Both the position numbers and the translations under genes were made by a program. Positions 25,602 through 38,000 of a DNA stretch of 44,636 bases are shown here, piece by piece. The notes below the pieces were generated by a model. That model worked only from the letters and a program-made list of their open reading frames with translations, had not been told where the DNA came from and did not search any database. Numbering within the stretch: the first letter of the stretch is position 1; each line of letters begins with the position of its first letter. This DNA is from Trichoplax sp. H2 (Eukaryota), in the NCBI GenBank assembly GCA_003344405.1, contig NOWV01000121.1, forward strand, positions 186,001-230,636, in the 5' to 3' direction.

Positions 25602-28600
25602 CTGTAAAAGAAAGAGTAGCACAAAGAGCATCAGCATTTAAGGTTGTTACGTTGAAGATATCTCTAAGTTAAGTAGGTAGTAATAGGGTTTCAGCGTGTA
25701 TCAAACGTTTACTACTCACACCGAGACTGCAGACCCATGAGTTTATATAGTACTGTAGTTTAATGCAACGTTAAAGAAATCGCATTCTATCATCGAACGC
25801 TTTTCGGTAATTAAAGATGAAGGCTATAATGACTTTCCAAAATATTACAACGATGCTATGTATTGCGCGAGCTTTAGATCTGTATTACACATTACAGTAG
25901 TAATAACAGCAATAGTTTTATACTGTACATTATTGAGAAAGATAAGACATCAAATTCAAATTAGCATGAGATCGTTATTTTATAGGGATGTGCTTGTACA
26001 AATTGTCAAAAAAGATCTACTGCAGTCTAGATTCTTTTAAGATCGGGTTGAAGTCAACATAAGGTCGTAGTTTCACGGGTTGTATTTTGTTCCAATTGTC
26101 AACAAGATCTACTGCAGTGTAAAATTTTCAATTTTATTACGAATCGAAGGCTATTATTACTACAGCAAGCTTTATCTAATGATACAGCAATGCGGCATAA
26201 CCCAACGCACAAGCGTCAATAGGCAACTTTTCAAGATATAAAGTAAGTTATATTCACAAGTTCAAGTTAAATGACGACGTGAGTACTACAGTATATGATT
26301 CGTGACGCTTACTCGCAGAATATTACTGATAACTTTCCTTAGATTCAAGTATTGAAAGTTATTTAGTATCCACATCACAAGTACGACTTTCGATTTCAGT
26401 CTGCCTAATCCAATTTCTAGCTAGTGTAGCAGGCCATTATAGACTTGAATCCTAATAAACTACTGTAATACGACTGCAGATCACTAGGTAGATTACTAAT
26501 AGGCTACATTGGACTACAAAATAGCTGTAAATAAACCTTCACATTATTCAAGTTATAATTGTAAACTACAGTGTACAGTAGAGCGTACATCTACCAGTAT
26601 TTTGCTTGATAGAACAGCTAAAAATGAAAATTCTAAAGGTTGTATAGGTATGGACGAGCAGCCAGTGCGAAAATTATGCATTATTATGGGTTTGAAAGTA
26701 AAAGCTGCTACTAATTCATCTCTCACTCTATAATCAACGCCAATCAATAACTGGTACAGCCGTCTACAGGCTCGGCAAAGCTGTTGCAGTTTTAGTTCTA
26801 CGTCAAAGATTGCGTAGTCGTAGGATACCAAGTACTGTACACTACCACAGTACATAGTACTGTAGCAGACAGACCTCAAAACAAATAAATCATTATCATC
26901 ATAATGTCATAATAAGAAAAGAATTAATCATAACGGTTCAGTACACAAAGTCTCCAGTTCTATATTATTTTCCATAATGCATTTATTACTTATGTTTACT
27001 TTGTTTTACCAGACTATACTTATCGACAATTTATTGACCAGAGTTGCAGCAGTTAGGACGTAAAATGTATAGAATAATGTACACTACCATTTAGCTACAT
27101 TTCACTGTTGTGTGGATTACGTAAGCATGTGTTAGACAACGAATCATTTGCGTATTTGCTTAATCAATTACATGGATGCTACCTTATATTAATCAATTAA
27201 TTAGGAACGAAACAGCGGCGTTTCATTGCTGCATCACTGTAATTTATGGCTTACGACTGATTAGACTGAATTGCCACTTCGTGCTGCGTGCAGTGGATGA
27301 TAAAGTACAGAAAAGTAATGAACGCAAAATAAATCATAAATCTCCTCGATGTAGCTTTGCGTCTTCTTTCTTCTTCTAATGTAGTAATAATTTAACGTCT
27401 ACTACTGATCGACTACCTGTCTACGGTTCGGTAATCGGTAGAGATAAAAGAGAAAAAAAGATCACGTTGATCGGAAAAAACGACGTAGTACATAGATCGG
27501 AGCAGAGACCAGTAAAATCTTGACATCAAGTGCAGTCAACAACTCCGATTATACAGTACTGTACCAAAAGAATCGACGCCTACATACAGAAGCAAAGTTC
27601 AGAGCACTGCTCAAAAAGATTACCCTAGGCGAGAATCTTATTACGTATCAACGACGTCAAGATTCCACCTGTCTCTCTTCAACTGTCATACTGTAACAAA
27701 ATGGAATGAAAGTCTATGATGAATCAAGGACTACTAAAACAATATTCTTTATAGTCCGTGGATAAATTTTGACATCGTTATTACTTATGCGTACTGTAGA
27801 CCCGCTGTGAAAAATCCTTTTTTTTTATTTATAGACAGTACGGCAGCGCGTGCAGCAGACTAGCGTATGAGTGAGACCTGCTACGTGCAGTGCTGCCAGT
27901 GTGTGTACTGTATCGTACATACAGATTGTAGCTATTGATGGAAAAAATTGGGGTAAAGGGTCATTACTACATCGGCCAGTACAGTGGTCGCTTTACATTT
28001 TTGTTTTGCAGCATGATGACAAAATGATACAGTACAGCATAAATCGAATGAAATCTAAATAAACTCAGAAACCAATGCACGTAGAAAACTCAAACTCAAT
28101 TACGGAAAGGAACTTGGGCTATTATGTTGACTTCTTATCTATTTACTTTCCTTTTCTTTATTTGAGTAGTAACTCTCTCTAAAGGAGTTTTTACTGTACG
28201 CTTTCTAATGACGTTCAATACGTCCGACCGACATCAATAATATAATAAAATAAAAATTCAAATCAATCAATTTCCTGTAACTGCCAAGCAAGTAGATTTC
28301 TTGTGCAAGTCAAGCCTGCCATACAATTACTATGTCCACTTTATCTTTCATAATAGTTGTAGGTAAGAATGATAGTATTCATTGAATTTCATCGAGTGTA
28401 ATGTACTGTACATTGTGGAAGAATTTTGGGTGATTATAACTCAAATTTTTTTTCCCCTGGAAGGGAATCCCCGCTATAATTGAGAAAAAAAAGTACTGTT
28501 TACGCATATTTTCGATTTTTGACTGTTTAGAATGTTGGGTCGACAGGAGACTGTAGACTGCAAACAATTGAAAACTGCATTGTACTGAGATTAGCACGTA

Positions 28601-29399
28601 CAAACGAAATCACGCTAGATTAATCATATTACATTAATCCCTATGATTTGGAAAGGATGCGAAGCGTATAATATAATATACCTAGTAGCGATGAATAATA
28701 ATAATAAATTTAATAGCTATTATCATTGGTGGTGCGTCAAAAACATTTTGCTGGTTGTAACAATAAGTTATTAACTATAACAAAAGTTACTGTACAGTGT
28801 ACGGTATGGACATTAAGCTTTATTAAAAAAGAATTTAGTGAAAAAAGCGCTAGAGTTCATGTAGAAGGAGATAGGATCCGGGTTTTGTTGTACAGAAAAT
28901 TTTTATCCTCCCTCCTTTTCCCTCCAAATCGAAAAGGGTTGTATATAGTGCTATTCTATTCTTGCTCGAACTATTGTACAGTAGATGGCATTCTATTTTA
29001 TAACACGGAAATTCATCGCCAATTATCGTCATGCTTTAAAATATCATAATTAATAAAATTGTTTATCTTACCAAATGTTAGCCATATTAATAGATGGATA
29101 AGAACATTCCGAGAAAATTTTTGAATCATTCTCCAAAATTATACACAGTATGATATAACTGGTGGTGTATTTCTCTTGCAGTCTTGCTATTTTCCGTCAT
29201 CGACTGTCTTGACGAACCAACGTAGAACCTATTTTTGTACTAATACGGTAATATGGGACCATGTATGGCTTGTACTTGTATTTTAACCTACAGTATGTCT
29301 TGACATATCAATTAATCACAGCCGTGCTAGGGAGTAGAGAGAGACCGGTCTCTAGGCGGTACCACCACCGTGTCAACGGCAACAAATCTACAGTCGGAA

Positions 29400-30080
29400 G
29401 TACTAGCAGTGCGGTACTACAGTACTGTACTGTACTGTACTGTTATCGTGTACTGAATGTGTGTACTGGACTCCGTGAACCTGCACAGTACAGTACACTA
29501 AGTGTACGTACAGTACAGTGCATAGGTGGCTCGTAAAACAATGCGTACGAACAATGAAAATTGTACTGTACTGTAGGATAAAATGCAAGATAAAGAAAAA
29601 AGGCGTTTTTCTTTTCTTTTTCTTTTGCATACTGTACAGTACAGTAGAGATAAAAAGAAAGAAAGAAAAATGGCTATGCTTTTACAGTTGCAGTGCTGTA
29701 CATGCATAGTTTTACAGATTTACCGTCATTTTTTGTGCCAATTTTTAGATCTTTTACCTCTCCAAAAATGGCTTCCAGTGTGCTGTATAGTACTGTATAC
29801 TGGGGTATTAGCTCTATATGGTACAGTGCACACTGTTTACGGTTAAAAGATTAATTTTATCTCTATGTTAACAAAGATAAAGATTAACAAAGATGTAACA
29901 AAGATAAAGATTACTATTGATGGACTTCAGACCTACATACTGTATTGTGCAGATTCGGATCCGGACCGGACCAGACCATGAAGACCTGTACACTGTACAG
30001 TACAGTACTGCACTCCGCAGTCCACACTCCACAGTATCTAGTGTACAATACGTACTGTAATGTACGCTGTAAAGTACTGT
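29400..30080. repeat. CAGTA/TACTG-rich low-complexity region with a short AACAAAGAT tandem
   Basis: Runs of gtactgtactgtac and acagtacagtac; AACAAAGAT x3 at 29870-29905. Confidence 0.7.
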
Positions 30081-32068
30081 ACATACGGCAAGTCACGTGA
30101 TATGTACGTCTCCCTAGCATACTGTTACTCGTAAGTCGTAACATTGGTCTTAATGGTCTTAATCGTCAACGTAACTTTTAAATATTGCCTTCCGCAAACT
30201 TCAAATTGCATTGTGTGGAGATTAGGTAAAGAGATAAATATTGTACATGGTGTTGCGATTACAGTCCATTTTCAAAGACTACAAATACAGTATCCCATTT
30301 TTCGCTTTATCTGCTCGTACTTGTACCAAACTGATGTTAAAATTGGTTCATCTGCGCGCTTGTCTGTACAGTACAGTACATGAATAGAGGGTTACCCTAG
30401 TAACAACTTATAATCAATGGTTCGCGTATCGTGTACTCGAATACAGGAAAGTTCGATAAGTAAATAAAACTAACTGAAAGTGAAATTAGTATTTTGATAA
30501 GATGACGCCTCCGATCATGTAGGAAAGCGTTGGTATTTTTTTTACTGTGATACGTAGAATAAGTTAAAAGCTTGTGATACTAAAGTACGAGTAATTTATA
30601 TTATAGTAATGCAATGGAATTTCATTCATGTCAGTATTTGCGCAGGCAGCAAAAACATCTGTTGTGACTTATATCAGTAATAATGATTAATTGAATTTAA
30701 TACGGTATATTATATATTGATTGTTAACACAGTAATTAGCTGATAGTTAAGTACCCCTGCAAATGGAATTAAACCTCATCACAGATGTTTAGGTATACGT
30801 AATACTGTACTTCAAGGGCTGATCAAGGATCATACAATGCTATTGAAACTCTAGTTGTAAAGCAAGGTATGTAGAGATTAATTATGATTTGAAATCGATG
30901 TATACTTTATAAATCTCTGAGAAAATAATGATGCGCAGTTTGAATTCTTGTAATTAGTTACTTGATGATAAATAGGCCCGGGTAGGGTACATTTCGATAT
31001 ATATATATTGTATATATACAGTATATAAATTGTACAATAGTTATTATTAAAATTCTTATCTGACTTATAATAAGGAGCCAAGATTACTATAGTAACTTGC
31101 AGTATAATACATTTGACGATCAATTTCAAGTTTTCAGCCAAATGAAAGTAAAAGTGAAGTGGTACAAGTACTGTACTGAAGATATCATCAAGTTATACAA
31201 AATCTTCAAGTATACTCTTATAGAATTTAGCTAAGACTAGCAACTCAACACACTGGTATTCCTTAATCATAGGGTAGAGCCATTGCCATCAACGTATTGA
31301 CAGAAGCAAATTTCTCCGCATCTACAATAATTAGTTCATTTGTTAACTATATTCACTTCTCATAGTACAAGTATCATGAGAGGTGACTGTACATGAAATA
31401 TACAGGCTTAATAGCACAAGGTATACCGGATCATCAATGATTCAAATCTTTAATCTTTATTATCAAATTCTAAGCTAGTTTTTTCAAATTTTTATACCGA
31501 ATATGAGAACCTTGCAAAGTTATATTCAAATATAGCCATAGAAAGCAAACAAAAGCAACTACAGTAAACATCCTAACATCACATATAGCAGTATCTAGTA
31601 AATCCAATTTCGGTACTTTTATTGCCTATTAATTGAAACCTAAGACAAATTTTTGTTAACTACTATCCTTAAGCTAAGCGAATACTTACTATCAAATTTC
31701 AAAACGAGTTGATTATTTACCTTAGCTAGTTAGTATCTGCAATCAAATGTTGCTGTACTGCAGGTAGTATCATATAAATGATGATCATAGTAAAAAAATT
31801 TAACTTAATGTAAAGCAAAATGGCAGCCAAAAGTAGCTACATACTATCATAGTCCCTAATCAAAGTCTTCAGGTATCTAGCATCGCCGTAGTTAAAAATA
31901 AATCGCAACCTCCCATGCACGTATAAAGTAAGGACTATTCAATATAGTTCCAGGTACGAGCGTTATCATGTAGACATTCAATTTAAGCATATGGCAGTTA
32001 ATATGTGAAAATAAGAGTAGTAAAATCATTGATAACCAGTTAATCATTTAATTTAATGTACTTAATAG

Positions 32069-35000
32069 CTACTCGTCTTCATAACTTTCTATACTAGAGA
32101 TATTCAGTTGTTCGCCACTGAACGAAGCAGATATGGACATGGTTGGACCATCGGAGCCAGGCATTGAAAAAATTCGAGAGCTGAAAAAATAATATTGTAA
32201 CTGGCTGATAAACAAAAAATCTGCTTTATCGCTAATGTTTAAAATATGATTAAAAGACACTGTAGTAGTCATCTTACAGAGATTGTGACTTTTGTTCTGG
32301 AACTTCGTCTTCGGTTCGCATTACAACGTCTACCGAAATTCCACGTTCTAGTGGACTCGTATCTAATTTCTGCCTGGCTCGAACTTTATCTACCTAAGCA
32401 AACCATTCATAAACTCTAGTTATGTTTTAGTTATTAAAGATGTCATCCACAGTACTTTACTATTGAGCATAGAAGTAATAGCTGAATATCGCTGTAAAGG
32501 ACTTTAATCATAATATTTAAAGAAAAAAACAAATTCTTTTTAACATGAAGGTCTCTATGTCACACTACCTACCAAATTAGCTATTCCATTGCCATCACCT
32601 TTGTTAGACTAAGTAAAAATTTAAAATTATCAGGCAGGTTAAAAACTAGCATTCTTACAATTAGAGTTAGCAAACACTTAATACCTAGGCGTATTTTACG
32701 CGTCACGAGTAAAAATATACCACGTCAATGCAATATACTGTTTATGTAGTTGGCTATTGCTTCAGGAATTATAGAAAGACCCGCTTATAATTAAGTTACT
32801 AACGCTACAATCAACATCAACGAGAAGTACTTGAACACTCATATCGTTTCAGTTAGAATTTATAGTACCTTTCGAAATTCATGTTTACGGATCATGACCC
32901 AGGCTCTGAATGTTATGAAGGTATAAGACAGAAATTGATGATTTGTTCAGTGAATAACGTAGTACAAAACAGAACTGTACTTCACACATTACTCTTTAGG
33001 TATATTTATGGACTTTACCTCTGTGCCGCTTTTCGAATCCTTTCGGTAACTTCCCCTGTCCGTAAGGTAATACCGAAAATATCTTCATGATATCTACCCC
33101 TTTCCTGTCGTATTGAGCGCATTGGCCGTTGATTAATCGTAATTCAAGGTCTTTAAATAGTAGTTGATTTCTTACCTTCATAGTTTTTACGTATTCTATA
33201 GCGTCTTCTTGGTCGAAAAGTCCGTAGTCAATTAACAGGTTCTATTAATAGCAATAGTTAACCTAACATCAGAAATCATGACAGACAATGAAAGACAGTA
33301 ACAGAAATCGCTAGCCTGAACCTGAATCGTTCTTGAGACATCAGCTGCCATAGAGACATCACCACATACATAGATATGTCCGTCCTCATCTAAAATCGTA
33401 TGTAATAAATCTCCACCGTGATCCTTCATTAAATCTTGTACGTATCGCTGTCGTAAAGATATTAATAATGTTATTGCAGTCAGCAAAGTCGTGTTTAAAA
33501 GGCGTGATAAAATAAATAGAGCATTGATTATTACTAAATTATACTCGTTATCAAAGAAACACGGTTACAATCTTAACCTTTTGTTGGCCAGGTTCTCTAG
33601 AATAGGCCTTGTGAACTACATCGAGTACACCATTTGTTAAACAATCTTTCAATTCGTCCATGTAAATATCGTCCTTAGTTGATTCTCTGCATCCAAAGAA
33701 TAACGTCATTTTACCAAATCTAGTTTCTAGATCTTCGTTTTCTGTAGGTGTTAATGGGGGAGTATCAATGCCGGTTGGAATTTCAGTATCTTCATAATCT
33801 ACAGAAATATGTAGCAATTTAGAACATCATTAGTTAAGGTTTTTAATTTTAGAGCAGAAAGGTTTGCATACATCATCGAGTCGAATCAGAAAATATGAGG
33901 ATTGGAAGATTCACTATCTAATGTTTTTAAATTCTGTATGGCTAACCATCTTTACGCCACAGCTGAATATAATATAATCATGCACGTCAAAACATCAAGC
34001 TAGTAGAGTGTACCTTTAGTAACCGTAACAGGAAATGCTGCTTCTCTATTCTTGTCTGCTAGTCTCTGCTGCCAAAAACTTCTAAATGGAGCAATTCCGG
34101 TTCCAGGTCCAATCATAATTATAGGAACTGACTGATCAGGCGGCATACGAAAACCGTGTGCTCTATTACGAGATTGTATAAAAGTATAATGAGCATAGCT
34201 GATATTAAGATTTCAAATCATCTACAGAAGTCTATTTGCATCTAAAATTCCAATCTGTTGATGAACAAGTACTAGCAAATGTTGAAAGGTAAGTATACTC
34301 TTAACCATATCAATCGGTCTAAGAATACACTATATTTGTGAATATTTCTTGCAGAGTACTAGTAACCTACGGTACTGAGAACCGCATAGAACCGATCAAG
34401 TAGGCAACAGGGTTTCTATGGTACTAAACAAACATGTACTTAATATACCAATTACGCGGTATGAAAGGCTAGCTTCAACTTGGCAGTTCACGTCATTTAC
34501 TAAGATTTAAACACGACTGTGCAGTATAGAACCGTAAAGAAAAACTAAACTCATTAGCCTACCGTTTTGCAAACAGAAGAAGGTCTAATAATAATACATA
34601 AAAACTCTGAAATACATTTGATTTGTTGCATTAATTCTCTTCTTTAGTTAAATGAGATTCTACTAATTAAATAAGAATACATTCATTAGCAGTATACTCG
34701 ATCTAATTTACTGAATTTAGTTTTATTTCTTCGGGACTAGTAACAACTTTAGTTGAGTAGGAAACATCCCGTCAAACTACATCAATAAATTCATTCAAAA
34801 ATGTATATGCAAATATTTGTCAGTATCTTAAATTTTAGATTTACTCACGCTCTTATAAAACATGGAACACTTTCTCCTTCTTTTAACGAATTAAGCCAAT
34901 TCGAACAAATACCACGACGTAGCTTACCTGACTTTGTGTGATAAGCAACTACAGATACCGTAATATGAATCTCATCCGGGGTCATTGCCATAGATGATGA

Positions 35001-38000
35001 AATTGAATAGTAACGCTAGGAAGTAACGTTAATTTTGTCAATTTCAGAGGTCACCAGACAATCATATACTAATTAAGATTTAAAGCAAGATATATCTACT
35101 TGTTTTAATCTCGGCAGCTTCAACAGAAGTAAAGTTGCTGGTAATCGTACGGAGGGAAATTCTTCAATTACATCAATTAAACCTGGATTTTTCCAGAATT
35201 TCCAATCTTCATACTCTTTTGAACCCTAGGGCAACAATGGTAAAACTTATTCACATCGATTACAGGTGAGATGCTGAAAATATTGAAATTCAAGATGTTA
35301 CTAATATATTTTTTTAGTGGAAGTACTTTTGCTAATTCTGCAAGTTTATTCCGATCATTTTGGTCCATAGCCTATAAGAAATATACAAAAACATCAGCAG
35401 CTTTGATAAGTAGTAATATATACGGCGATACAAATGAGCGGTGAATAATCTCGTATATAAATGATAGTATTGCTAAAAGATTAGACGCATTCTTGCCATC
35501 TTAGATCATTAACTAATTTATCGCATTACCAGACTAGTCAAACAGTGCAAAAATTGTGGCGTTGGCGGAGAAGTAATATCAATAAATCGCATAAATGCTT
35601 CTCTTAGCGTAAAAGTGGCCGGCATATGAGTGTCAACAGTCCAAATACCCTCTGATTATAAGAATGAGATAACAAAACTTTCATATAGCGTACATCAAAA
35701 TTTTTAATAACAGTTAATCATTACCGTTACTTAAATACTCCAGCTGAGTAGTAATATCTGAAGATTCTTTATCAGCTAGTTTGCGTAATAGTTGATCCAC
35801 TATTTCCGGATCGTTACGTGGGAAAACTGATAAATGATCACCCGGAAAGTAGCACAAATTGGATTCGCTTGCCTTTTTCAGTTTAACAAGTACGGTAGAA
35901 CGCCTAAAATAATGCAGTCAATTTTGCTCGATTGAATATTAATACATACAGTATACTAGTAGTATGAAACACATCGATCAAGCTGTTATAATATACTATC
36001 AATGAATAATTGCGTAAGATAGATTTAAATCGATCAATAGTCAGTTAAATCTTATTACAAACAATTAATTAATTAAACTAAAATTGTAACCGCTATTATA
36101 TGAGTTTACTAATTGATATTGCTCACAGTGAAGATGATGACTGTAAATTCGTAACCGAAAGAACGGTAAGGGGTTCAATGTGTGTTGAATGAAGTTCAGA
36201 TAAAGCTGATAATAGTGCCAGTAACAGAAATTAAGTAATAGAATTTAAATTAAAATTAATAAGTTATAGAGTTTTTCAATTGCAATTAATTTTTAAACAT
36301 CGCGCTAAAGAATTTCTTAATTTATAACTACAAGAACTACAATCGAATCACCTTCCAAGAGTCCCGCTGCTGTCTTCTTTTTATCAAATACTAGCCGAAA
36401 ATTATTCTCCGACCAAGATGGTATAGTTGTTAGTGAGGTAGTAGCATCTGAATGATCCACTGCATCAATACAGAATGTCTCACAAGCAGCCTTACAAGTC
36501 AATATGTACATTGGAAGTTCAATCAAAATAAGAAATTTAATGATTATTATATATTAGCAGATGTATATACAACCGCGATAAATATTTAAAAAAGATAAAT
36601 CGAATGATTATACACAAATCAATAGTCCGGTTATAACTGATTAAATACCCGAAAAGCTTTTCCAGCCCACGACCTAAATGATTCCTCCTGCCCGCAAAGT
36701 TCATCCCCTTCCCCTAAAGGACAAATCCTCTCACCACCAAAGTCGCACAGTAAAGTATCTAGCGATCTCCCAAATGCACAAAAATTTTCTCCGTACGCCC
36801 GGGATCCTAATGCAAAAACGGAATATCTACGCAAGCATAGTTCATTAATGCATTTCTGATATCATTTGATCATATTCTACATCATAATAGATGCAGTACG
36901 TTCAGTGAAAGTGCTACTTTCTGGTAACTTACTTTACATTTATCATAAACGAAGAAGTTCGATCTTCAGTTTCGTTGGCGCGCAGCTTACTTTTACGTCT
37001 TGGTAAATGTAAACTACCAGTTCTAGAGGCGTTTCTATTTAAAAGTAGATAAGTGTTTTGTAGCGTTATTATATAAATAACTATAATTTGCCCTAAGTAA
37101 ACCGTTATATGATATTGAAACAAAATTTTAATCTACAATCGCTCTCGCTAACAAATCAATTGGATGTGCCCGAAAATGTAATCTTCTACCAAATTCCTAA
37201 ATATTAATACGTTAATATGTGTTAAGACCTAAGACGTACTGGATAAGGCGAAAAGGAAAATTTTTATGTTAATATAATGTGAAACCTCGCCGTTATGTGG
37301 TGCTTCAGCATTACCAAAAGTGCTAGCTACAATAAAGACTAACTTCTCATAATCCAAGTTACTAAAATCATAGTCTGCCATACAAACGACCTAAATGTTC
37401 ACCAAATTATAAAAAAAATAGAGATCTAATATAGCAACAGGTCGAGTAATAGCTACAGGTCTAACTTTATTTTCAATATCACAAAAAGTTCTAAGAAAGT
37501 TTGCGCAGCTACTCTAATTATCGATCAGCAGTTCATATCATAGATCACATCCGTCGCCCAGTAAGTCTGACCTTAGCATCAAATTTAATATCAAGTAACT
37601 TCTTTAACATCTTAGCATATCTTTCTGAAGTTCCGGTTTCAGTAGCGTATAAAATTGTTGCCCTAATTCGCTTTGCTAATACCTTACCCATTAAGTCTGT
37701 AGAGACTACAACAAGCCTGCAGAAGTAGATGGATAGATAAAAGACGTTAATTCTGAAAGATTTTAGGCCGTTTCACGCAAAATTAAAGTGAACATTCTTT
37801 CTAATAATAACTTAAATAATGCGGTCGCTATCGGTATTCAAAATATAAATTGAGAGCCAGCGACTGTTACATGATAATAAATCATACTACTAATTACTTG
37901 GCGATATCTTTAAATTTTCGCTGAGACCCCTTGGTATGAATTTTCCATGGATCTTCCTAAAACAAAGAACATACGTTCATGATTTATCAATATCAAATAG

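Noticed and set aside
25602-25970. Signal-peptide exon for the large receptor
   Set aside because: Candidates (MGLQSR|gtgagt near 25720; MYSIKLLLLLLL near 25930) either lack hydrophobicity or do not splice in phase; left unresolved.
29340-29353. 14-bp palindrome AGAGACCGGTCTCT
   Set aside because: Isolated, with no partner TIR or TSD found; may be chance.
29261-30383. Cluster of overlapping ORFs
   Set aside because: Low-complexity pentamer and poly-A/T translations with no domain motif or splice pattern.
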